A program made the translations under genes and the position numbers. Below, piece after piece: positions 1 through 8,133 of a DNA stretch of 21,645 bases. Location: NCBI GenBank assembly GCA_016926735.1, contig JAFGOA010000150.1, positions 1-21,645 on the forward strand. The letters run 5' to 3'. The notes under the pieces are model-generated. The model saw nothing but the letters and a program-made list of their open reading frames with translations. It was not told where the DNA came from and ran no database searches. Origin of the DNA: Promethearchaeota archaeon (lineage in GTDB: Archaea > Asgardarchaeota > Lokiarchaeia > Sigyniarchaeales > SOKP01). Numbering within the stretch: position 1 is the stretch's first letter; each line of letters opens with the position of its first letter.

Positions 1-89
1 TTAATTATATTTTAAAAATCAATTAAAATTAATACATATATGCTCAAACAAATATATATAAAAAAAAAAACTACACGGTGAAAATAAAA

Positions 90-374
90 ATGCCTAAAAA
101 TAAGGATGAAAATGCTGTCTTTATTGGTCGAAGACCAACTATGAATTATGTAATGGCTGCTATGATGATTTTAAATAAAGGTGAAGAAGCTACTATAAAA
201 GCACGAGGAAAAGCTATTTCTTATGCAGTAGATGTATGTGAAATATTGAAAAATCGATTTCTCAAAGGAACTGAATATGGTGAGATTCGAATTTCAACTG
301 AATCTCTAAAAAACGAAAATGGTTCTACAAATAACGTTAGTTCGATAGAAATAGTACTTAATCCACCAAAATAA
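90..374 (+). CDS. albA: DNA/RNA-binding chromatin protein Alba
   Basis: Alba motifs VFIGRRPTMNYV, IKARGKAISYAVDV and VSSIEIVL. The ATG at 90 is preferred over the GTG at 78 because GGTGA at 77-81 looks like its Shine-Dalgarno. Confidence 0.95.
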   Translation: MPKNKDENAVFIGRRPTMNYVMAAMMILNKGEEATIKARGKAISYAVDVCEILKNRFLKGTEYGEIRISTESLKNENGSTNNVSSIEIVLNPPK

Positions 375-412
375 CAAGATTATCTTATTAACACAGTTAT
401 ATCAAATCGTAG

Positions 413-440
413 TTCTTTTAATTTTTCTTTCTTTTTTTAT
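413..440 (+). terminator. Putative archaeal oligo-T terminator after albA
   Basis: Pyrimidine tract ttcttttaatttttctttctttttttat about 40 nt after the stop. Weak evidence given the AT-rich background. Confidence 0.3.
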
Positions 441-550
441 TTAAATAAAAAGATAGAAAAATTTAAATTAAAAAAATTATGTATATTCTTCAAGAGCTCC
501 TTTTTTATTAATTGAAATAAATAAATGTAAAACAATTAGGTATACTAAAA

Positions 551-1522
551 ATGCCTGAAAGTAATGATATTTTATATGATATAAATAGTGTGTTTATACC
601 TTGTAGGACAATATTAGAAATGGAGGTATTAACTTCTTTACTTTTAGAAAGTAAAAACTATAATTTACTAAAAGATATTCCCACAAGTCATCCGACTAGC
701 CAAGATCTTATTAAATTATACAATATTGCCGGTATTGAACCTTTAGAGAGAATTTTAAAACATTTTGTTGATGTTATAATAGAAAAATTAAAACCCGTTG
801 TCATGTATCAGAGGAATTTTCATGACAGGTTCCGAATGGGTAATGTTATAGCTAATTCAAAAACAAGACTTTGTTTATTATTAGCATTACATAGATTAAA
901 GCTTAAATTCTTAATTATCAAAGATTTTTTAGATAAATTTGAAAGAGATAAATATAGTCTAATTAAATTTCAAAAATCAGATAATATCAATTTAGATTTT
1001 ATAGAAGTTTTTTATGATTATTATTATGATAAGAATAGGATGAATCTAAAATTAATGCTTTCCTCTAAAAGAACCTCTGAACGTGTAAATAAACTCTTAG
1101 ATACCTCAAAATCTATAACAAATGATGATATATTTAATGCTATTACTTTTAAGAAGATTTCTGATAATAATGTTAGAATAAAATTTATAATGAGGGAAAT
1201 CAAAGCTTCATTATTTTTATGTAAAATGATGTTTGCAAAAATGGATGTTTATCATCCATTTTCTATAGGGAAACAATTAGATGTTGATTATGAAGAAATG
1301 ATGATTAGTCAAGATTTTATTCCTATATTATTACCAGCAATAAATAAATGTATGCGTGATAAAAATTTTGACCAATTAGATCAATGCTTAAAAGCATTTA
1401 ATTTTATGTTAAATAATACATTAGATGGCATAAATTATGCTATTGAGATAGCAAGTGCAGGACAAATTAATTTAGAACAAAATGAAGTTATTTTTACAAC
1501 AGGAAATATCTTTAATTTATAG
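551..1522 (+). CDS. Hypothetical protein, 323 aa, soluble and probably mostly helical
   Basis: A long ORF with normal composition in very AT-rich DNA. No motif recognised. Confidence 0.8.
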   Translation: MPESNDILYDINSVFIPCRTILEMEVLTSLLLESKNYNLLKDIPTSHPTSQDLIKLYNIAGIEPLERILKHFVDVIIEKLKPVVMYQRNFHDRFRMGNVIANSKTRLCLLLALHRLKLKFLIIKDFLDKFERDKYSLIKFQKSDNINLDFIEVFYDYYYDKNRMNLKLMLSSKRTSERVNKLLDTSKSITNDDIFNAITFKKISDNNVRIKFIMREIKASLFLCKMMFAKMDVYHPFSIGKQLDVDYEEMMISQDFIPILLPAINKCMRDKNFDQLDQCLKAFNFMLNNTLDGINYAIEIASAGQINLEQNEVIFTTGNIFNL

Positions 1523-1586
1523 TATTTTATTTTTTTAATAATAAAATTTTATTTTTATTTTTCTATTTCTTTTTAATTATATTTTA

Positions 1587-2633
1587 TCAATACAAATCAA
1601 TTGTTTTATAAATTTCTTTAGCGATTGCAGTAAACATTTTTTTTACATTATTACCTGTTAGAGCAGAAGTTTCTACATATTTAAGATTTAAATCATTGGC
1701 TAACTCCGTTGCCGCTTCTTTATCTATTTCTCTTTTATCATCAAGATCATTTTTATTACCCAAAAGAAATCCTATAATTTTAAAACGACCTTTGAGATTA
1801 TTTTCTATATCTTTATACCATCTTCTAATACTTTCAAAAGATTTTTTATTTGATAGATCAAATACTAATAATACTCCTTCAGCACCTTGATAAAAGTGTA
1901 TTCGCATTTTACTAAATTTAGATTGCCCAGCGATATCCCATAACACTAATTTTATTATCTTCCCATCAATTTTCAAGGCTTTTTGAGTAACATTCACTCC
2001 TAAAGTTGGGATATATGTTCGAGTAAATGCATTATTTGTAAATCTTAAAATAGTCGATGTCTTTCCAACCCTTGGATCTCCACAGACAACAATCTTGAAT
2101 TTGTAATCTATAACATCATCTCTTAAATCATCTAACGATGGAAATTCTTCAGAAGGATCTCTTATAAGTTCTTTATCTCTAAGATCTTGTAATGTAAATT
2201 TGATTTTCTCAGAAAGAATATTGATTTGTTCTTTTAATTTATTTTGATCTGTTTTTATCAATTCGATATTAATGATATTGCTAATAATATCGTTAAATAT
2301 AGATTCTAAATATTGTCTTGCTTTATAAAATATTAAATCATCAGCTTCATGAAATAATAATATTAAAGCCGATCTTCCAAAGTTTCCTCTTCTTGATTTG
2401 TCTGTCCATTTTAGAAATTTAATCATTCCTTTTAAATTTCTTGAAGGAAATGGTAAGGTTATTAATTCTTTTGGAATATAACTTTCCTCACCTGTTAATA
2501 ATGAGACTGCTTTGATACCGCATAATATTCTTAATTGTTCATCTAAATCAGAAGGAGTCCATACTACGGGATTTGTACCTTTAATATCATGAAATTCAAT
2601 ATAAATTAATCCCTTTATTAACCCTTCAATCAT
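1587..2633 (-). CDS. Longin/uDENN-like domain fused to a Rab-like small GTPase
   Basis: C-terminal G1 GDPRVGKT, G2 YIPTLGV, G3 WDIAGQ, FYQGA, G4 GNKND and G5 ETSAL; no C-terminal Cys. N-terminal EFHDIKGTNP and DKSRRG. Shine-Dalgarno AGGTGA on the minus strand at 2643-2648. Confidence 0.9.
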   Translation of the reverse strand: MIEGLIKGLIYIEFHDIKGTNPVVWTPSDLDEQLRILCGIKAVSLLTGEESYIPKELITLPFPSRNLKGMIKFLKWTDKSRRGNFGRSALILLFHEADDLIFYKARQYLESIFNDIISNIINIELIKTDQNKLKEQINILSEKIKFTLQDLRDKELIRDPSEEFPSLDDLRDDVIDYKFKIVVCGDPRVGKTSTILRFTNNAFTRTYIPTLGVNVTQKALKIDGKIIKLVLWDIAGQSKFSKMRIHFYQGAEGVLLVFDLSNKKSFESIRRWYKDIENNLKGRFKIIGFLLGNKNDLDDKREIDKEAATELANDLNLKYVETSALTGNNVKKMFTAIAKEIYKTIDLY

Positions 2634-2925
2634 TTTTACGTCTCACCTTAACAAAGTTGGTTTATATTTGCAAAATAAATATTTTTTAGAATTATTAATA
2701 ATTATTAAATTAATTAAATTTTATAAAATTATTATTAAAATATATTTATTGTATTTAACTAAAATGTAAATATAAGATTAGATATATATATCTTATTGCT
2801 ATTTATCAGATAATATAAATTTTTCTCATGATATCTAAGAAATTATATTTACTATGAGAATTGTAATTAATAGATAATATAAAGTTCAATTATTTTTTTT
2901 ATATAATAAAAAAAGAAAAACAGAA

Positions 2926-3207
2926 CTAATCTTTTATATTCTCAAGAAGAGAAAGTATTCTATATATCGTTGTTCTTGCATGAAATGGAATATTTGGGTC
3001 TTGTGATAAATCATCAACTAGATATATTACATTACTTGCTATAACACCGGGAGTCTCATCTTCCTTACTTAACTCATTTATTCCTTCTTGCGCAATCCTT
3101 TTAATATTTCTAGGAACAGAGCGATCTTTCATCATCCCATTTAATAACTTTTCAACATTACTAAATGCTTCCTCTATTTCCTCAGTAAACTCCTCTCCCC
3201 TAGCCAT
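2926..3207 (-). CDS. UPF0147 family protein
   Basis: Motifs DRSVPRNIKR and DDLSQDPNIPFHARTTIY. The ATG at 3207 with an upstream GGGAG is preferred over the TTG at 3255. Confidence 0.9.
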   Translation of the reverse strand: MARGEEFTEEIEEAFSNVEKLLNGMMKDRSVPRNIKRIAQEGINELSKEDETPGVIASNVIYLVDDLSQDPNIPFHARTTIYRILSLLENIKD

Positions 3208-3408
3208 ATTATTCTCCCTATGTATAATTGGTTTTTGATTTATTTTAATTTTCAAATCTTGATAAGGTATATTAAAAATAAAATTTAATTTTATTGTTTT
3301 TTATAAGAAAAATTTGATTTAATTCTCTTAAAAGAATTATATCGTCTTTTTTATCATATATAGTACTCAATAAAAGCAATATTAATAATTATAGAAAGAA
3401 AAAAAAAA

Positions 3409-4098
3409 TTAATTTTCTTTATTAGATTCTGACTTTTTAAAGATTTCATCTAATTTTGATCGATCTTCTTCACTCATTTTGCTCATAGCTTCCATATTTT
3501 GGCGCATTAAATCAATCATTATTTTTTGAGATAAAATTTGACTGAAAACAGGTAAACTTATTCTGGTTCGAGTTAATTCATAATTAATTTTTTGAGCAAT
3601 ATCTCTCATTAATTTCAATTCTTCTTTGGTCATTCCCTCTTGACCAATTCCAGGGCATTCATTATCGACAATTGTGTAATTTTTACCATTATATTCTAAA
3701 GGATATGTTTGACAGCTTAATGGTCGATTATTATATACTAAACACTTTTTATCTTCTTTATTGTATAAAGGACATTTCTCTTCAAATAAATCCTCTATTG
3801 TAGGTTGAGAAAAAATATCTTCCACATCTTTTTTTTTTGTATCTTTAGTCGAAAATGGTTTTAATATTAGATCCATTGTTCCATTAGGATTATTATAAAT
3901 ACCTAAATAAGGTAAAAAATTCGCAAGCACACCATTTTTTGCCCATATTTCAAGATCCCATTGTGTAATAGGTATGGGACCTCTTTTTAAACAACAATTA
4001 TCACATCTTGTACATTTAAATGTAAATTTTGTTTTTTCTTCTGTCTCTGATTTTTCTTTTTGATTATTATTATTCTCATCTTTTTTTTCTTCAGTCAT
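3409..4098 (-). CDS. YkgJ/CxxCxxCC cysteine-cluster protein (putative Zn/Fe-chelating)
   Basis: FKCTRCDNCC, CPLY, CLVYNNRPLSCQTYP and ECPGIG. ATG at 4098; alternative GTG at 4107. Confidence 0.9.
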   Translation of the reverse strand: MTEEKKDENNNNQKEKSETEEKTKFTFKCTRCDNCCLKRGPIPITQWDLEIWAKNGVLANFLPYLGIYNNPNGTMDLILKPFSTKDTKKKDVEDIFSQPTIEDLFEEKCPLYNKEDKKCLVYNNRPLSCQTYPLEYNGKNYTIVDNECPGIGQEGMTKEELKLMRDIAQKINYELTRTRISLPVFSQILSQKIMIDLMRQNMEAMSKMSEEDRSKLDEIFKKSESNKEN

Positions 4099-4251
4099 AT
4101 TTTTCACTTTTTTATAGTGCTTCTTAATTAGAATTATAAAAAGTTGATTATTTTCATTAATATAAAATATCTTACAAAAAAAAATTTTATTATAAAATTT
4201 ATTAATTTTTTAATATTTTAAGATTTAATACTTATTCTATATTATTTAATT

Positions 4252-5340
4252 ATGTCATTTGAAGAAGATTTTAAATTAATTAAACAATTAACAGAGATCC
4301 AAGGATGTAGCGGGAATGAAAAAAAAATAAGGGATTTTATTAAAAAAAATGTTGAAAAATATTGTGACAAGATAGAAATAGATTTTTTAGGAAATTTATT
4401 TTGTTATATTAATAGCACAGCAGCAGAACCAAATAAAAAACTCAGAATACTTTTAGATGCTCATATGGATGAGATTGGTTTTATTGTTAGATATATTGAT
4501 AAAAAAGGATTTATTAGGTTTTCATCAGTGGGTGGACAAAATCCACGAATTCTACCGGGTCAGAAAGTTACTATTCATTCGTCTAAAGGAAATAATATAA
4601 TAGGGGTAATTGGAGAAAAACCAATTCATTTATTAAGTACTGAGGAAAGAAAGAAAGTAATTCAAATAGAAGAATTATTTATTGATATTGGCATGTCTAG
4701 TTCTAAAGACGTACATAAAATAATAGCAATAGGAGATTATATTACCTTAAATCAAGAATGTTTTATATTGAATAATACAAAACGTATATCTGCTAAAGCA
4801 TTCGATGATAGAGCAGGATGCTTCATCTTGATAAAATTGATTCATGAAATTTCAAAAATTCGGGATAAATTAGATAAAGATATAATATTTTTATTTTCAA
4901 CTCAAGAAGAAATAGGTGTTCGAGGAGCCACTGTAGCTTCTTACAATATTAATCCAGATATTGGAATTGCTGTTGAAGTGACTCATGCTATTGATTTTCC
5001 AGGTATAAATAAAGAAAAATATTATGATTGCTCTTTAGGATCAGGTGTTTCAATAAGTATAGGTCCTAATATTTTTTCTAAATTATCTAAATTAATGGTT
5101 AATATAGCAAAAGAAAATAACCTCCCCTATATCTTAGAGGCAGAACCAAGACAAGCCTCAAATAATGCAAGAGTTATACAATTAGCACGAAATGGAATAC
5201 CATCATCTATAATTTCAATTCCTCTACGATATATGCATACTAATATAGAAATAATAGATTATAATGATTTAATTAATTGTAAATTATTATTATATCAATT
5301 TCTACTGATGAATCTAAAAGAAATAATGATAACAGATTAA
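4252..5340 (+). CDS. M42 family (TET-like) metallo-aminopeptidase
   Basis: DAHMDEIG, KAFDDRAG, QEEIGVRGA, IAVEVT and PLRYMHT metal-binding/catalytic motifs. Confidence 0.93.
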   Translation: MSFEEDFKLIKQLTEIQGCSGNEKKIRDFIKKNVEKYCDKIEIDFLGNLFCYINSTAAEPNKKLRILLDAHMDEIGFIVRYIDKKGFIRFSSVGGQNPRILPGQKVTIHSSKGNNIIGVIGEKPIHLLSTEERKKVIQIEELFIDIGMSSSKDVHKIIAIGDYITLNQECFILNNTKRISAKAFDDRAGCFILIKLIHEISKIRDKLDKDIIFLFSTQEEIGVRGATVASYNINPDIGIAVEVTHAIDFPGINKEKYYDCSLGSGVSISIGPNIFSKLSKLMVNIAKENNLPYILEAEPRQASNNARVIQLARNGIPSSIISIPLRYMHTNIEIIDYNDLINCKLLLYQFLLMNLKEIMITD

Positions 5341-5521
5341 TATCTTAAATATAAATAAAAATAAAGAAATTTTATTTTTAAAATCCCAATAAAATTTAAT
5401 ATTTTTTATCTATTAAATATTGAAATCATAGAATTTTCATTATAAAAAATAACGAGAAAATTATTTTAATAATTAAAAATTTAGTTTTTTACAATTAAAT
5501 AAAATAATAACTGATCTCTTA

Positions 5522-6970
5522 ATGATCTCACTGATAAAAAAAAAAATATTATTTTGGATTTTATTCTCAATAAATATTATTCTTGGTTTTTATTTTGGTT
5601 ATATATTCAGTAACTCTAATTCTTTAATTTCATTTTGTCTAATACCAATCAATATACTGATTATTTTTGTATTAATTAAATTATATATTAATAAGTCCTA
5701 TATTAAAAATACAAAATTAGCTTATATTCTCATTTATCTAATTTTAAACTTATTATTTTCATTCTTTATTGGGTATAGTATTCCGTTTATGAATGGAACA
5801 GATCCAATTAACATGGGAATTGTAATGATTCCATTGTTATGCTTTATGAATTATAGTATAGTAGATAGATTAAATTTCTATATTAATGAAATAGATTTAA
5901 TAGAAGATAACAGAAAAAAAGATAATGAAGATTTAAAAGAAGAAATTCCAATTGTAGAAGTAGATTCTAAAAAAGAAATAAGTTATTGGTTTTTATTTAC
6001 TATAAATACCTTAAGCATTACTTTATTTGGTTATTTATTAAATACATCATACTTCATTATTTCATTTTTAATAATTTCAATGAATTTGATATTTGTATTT
6101 ATTTTAACTTATTTCTTTACTAAAAGTAGAATAACTAAATTAAAATATCCTATATATGCATTAATAGGATTTTTATCTATTTTATGTATTGGATTTATTT
6201 CTGGGATATCAATACCCTTTTTCGAATCAGAAAATTTAAAGTTAATTGTTATAATTATTGTTCCTTTATTATGTTTAGGGCATTTTAATATATTAAAAAA
6301 CTTAAATACACATTTAATTAAAGAGATATCTAAAAAAGATGAGATTAAATTACCAATTATTGAATATGAAAATAAACGATATATTTTCTCTCTAAAATCA
6401 CTAATTATTTTAGGATTTGGAGCTCCCTTTCTTATAGCATTAATATATTATTTTTTTGCTTGGAGATGGAATTATTGGTTACATGAAATTGTGGTAAAAC
6501 AAACAACTTTTTTTTTAAATTTGATTTTTGATATGGGAGTTACAAATACATTTCTTTCCATTGATGAAAATCCATGGGTCTTTGAAATTCCAGGACAATT
6601 AGATATCCATTTAGAAACGTTCTGTACGGGAATTCAAGCAATTTGTATATTTGTCGGAATATTTATTCTTACTCCTCATTCTAAAGATCCAAGAACAAAT
6701 AAAGATACCCTTTGGAGAAAAATTAAAGGAATTATACTTTCTTCATTGATATTTTATGTTGTAAATATTCTAAGAATGATTATTCAACTATATCTTTACT
6801 ATCTAGGATATCCTTGGAATGATATTCATTATTCAATAAGTGTAGCAAGTTCGTTTATAGCTGTTATAATTGTTTTATTAATGCATAAATGGGTTCCAGA
6901 ATTTATTTTAAGCTTTATTTATGCTTATAGTTTAACAAGACAAAATAAAATTAAAAAACCCAAATTCTAA
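5522..6970 (+). CDS. Archaeosortase/exosortase family protein with a duplicated N-terminal membrane domain
   Basis: Cys-Arg-His triad contexts ETFC368TG, VNILR418M and DIH436Y within multiple TM helices. The first ~280 aa are two homologous hydrophobic units. Confidence 0.85.
   Translation: MISLIKKKILFWILFSINIILGFYFGYIFSNSNSLISFCLIPINILIIFVLIKLYINKSYIKNTKLAYILIYLILNLLFSFFIGYSIPFMNGTDPINMGIVMIPLLCFMNYSIVDRLNFYINEIDLIEDNRKKDNEDLKEEIPIVEVDSKKEISYWFLFTINTLSITLFGYLLNTSYFIISFLIISMNLIFVFILTYFFTKSRITKLKYPIYALIGFLSILCIGFISGISIPFFESENLKLIVIIIVPLLCLGHFNILKNLNTHLIKEISKKDEIKLPIIEYENKRYIFSLKSLIILGFGAPFLIALIYYFFAWRWNYWLHEIVVKQTTFFLNLIFDMGVTNTFLSIDENPWVFEIPGQLDIHLETFCTGIQAICIFVGIFILTPHSKDPRTNKDTLWRKIKGIILSSLIFYVVNILRMIIQLYLYYLGYPWNDIHYSISVASSFIAVIIVLLMHKWVPEFILSFIYAYSLTRQNKIKKPKF
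5537..6364 (+). repeat. Protein-level tandem duplication (aa ~6-146 and ~150-281) in the archaeosortase N-terminus
   Basis: KKILFWILFSIN vs KEISYWFLFTIN; FGY vs FGY; ISF vs ISF; GYSIPF vs GISIPF; PLLC vs PLLC; KKD..IPIVE vs KKD..LPIIE. Confidence 0.8.
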
Positions 6971-7159
6971 GATGAAAAAGGATGTTCTAATTGTAGTAGT
7001 ATAGTTATTGATAAAAAACAAAAAATATATCTAAATTGTAGTTATCCGGTAACCAAAAAGAAAGTAATAATATGCTTAAATTCTGGAATATTTACAGAAA
7101 ATAAAAACCAATCTATTTGCGAAAAATGTGGGTTTAAAATTAAGAAAAACTCTGTATAA
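6971..7159 (+). pseudogene. Decayed double zinc-ribbon tail in frame after the archaeosortase stop
   Basis: 62 open codons with no ATG: DEKGCSNCSSIVIDKKQKIYLNCSYPVTKKKVIICLNSGIFTENKNQSICEKCGFKIKKNSV*. The four knuckles are CSNC, YLNC, CLNS and CEKC. Confidence 0.7.
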
Positions 7160-7223
7160 AAAGTGTTTTTTTCTCTTTTTTTATAATAAATTTTATATGT
7201 TCTGGAATCGATTTAAAATTAAT

Positions 7224-8126
7224 ATGGAAAAAAATAGTAATGATCTTAAATTATATAAAATTCATAACATTGAAATAGGCGGAGATATAGGTCAAAATCC
7301 AATAGTAGCAGTTGGAACTGTATTTTATTCTAAACATAAGGCACTTTTAGATGAAAAAAAAGGGATAATTGATAAAAAATTGATAGAAAATGAATTGAAT
7401 GATTTTATTTCTATCATAGAAAATACAGGAGTACAAGCTATCATAGATATTGTAGGATCTCATCCTGAGGCCCTCCTAAAAGAATGCGTTTATATAGCGG
7501 ATATGGTTGATTTTCCTTTTTTGGTGGATGGTTTGAATGATGATATTCGAATACCGGCAATTAAAGGACTAAAAGATGCAGGATTATTAGAAAGATCGAT
7601 TTTAAATAGCATAGATGAGAATACATCTGAGGAAAATTTATTAAAACTAAAAGATATAGGAGTTAAAAATGCAGTTTTGTTAGCATTTGGAAATAAATAT
7701 ATTTTTCCTGAACAAAAAATTTCATTATTAAAAGAAATATTAATCCCTAAAGCAAAAAAAGCAGAAATTGAAAATCTTTTAATAGATACCGCAGTTTTAG
7801 ATTTACCCTCTATGAATATTAATTTTCAAACAGCAAAATTAGTAAAATCCGAGTTAGGATTACCAGTTGGTTATGCGCCCTCAAATGCAATATTTGGATG
7901 GGAAAAGATTAAACAATATGGGAATGATTCTAGATGCGGTGCAATCGCATCTATAATGGTAAATTGTGTTAGTGCTGGATGTGATTTTGTTCTATTTGGT
8001 CCGATTAAATTTGCAAAATGTGTTATTCCATCAATAGCTTTAATATCTGGAATGAACTCGTATTATAGAAAAAGAGTTTTGAGAAAAGAACTATTCAATA
8101 AGGATTTTTTGAAAAAGATTTTTTAG
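7224..8126 (+). CDS. mtrH: MtrH-family pterin-dependent methyltransferase (stand-alone)
   Basis: IGGDIGQNPIVAVGTVFYSKH, PFLVDG, ILNSI, LIDTAV, GLPVGYAPSNA and GCDFVLFGP. ATG at 7224 chosen; the GTG at 7128 gives an F/K-rich leader overlapping the zinc-ribbon remnant. Confidence 0.88.
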   Translation: MEKNSNDLKLYKIHNIEIGGDIGQNPIVAVGTVFYSKHKALLDEKKGIIDKKLIENELNDFISIIENTGVQAIIDIVGSHPEALLKECVYIADMVDFPFLVDGLNDDIRIPAIKGLKDAGLLERSILNSIDENTSEENLLKLKDIGVKNAVLLAFGNKYIFPEQKISLLKEILIPKAKKAEIENLLIDTAVLDLPSMNINFQTAKLVKSELGLPVGYAPSNAIFGWEKIKQYGNDSRCGAIASIMVNCVSAGCDFVLFGPIKFAKCVIPSIALISGMNSYYRKRVLRKELFNKDFLKKIF

Positions 8127-8133
8127 ATTATTT

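Noticed and set aside
1696-1890. 64-aa plus-strand ORF
   Set aside because: Antisense shadow inside the Rab-like GTPase gene, with no motif.
2634-2925. Long AT-rich intergenic region as an ncRNA, CRISPR array or replication origin
   Set aside because: No direct-repeat array, GC-rich stems or ORB-like G-strings are visible. TATA-like words are too frequent to assign a promoter.
7128-7223. 32-aa N-terminal extension of MtrH from the GTG at 7128
   Set aside because: It overlaps the Zn-ribbon remnant and a T-rich tract; MtrH similarity begins after the ATG at 7224.
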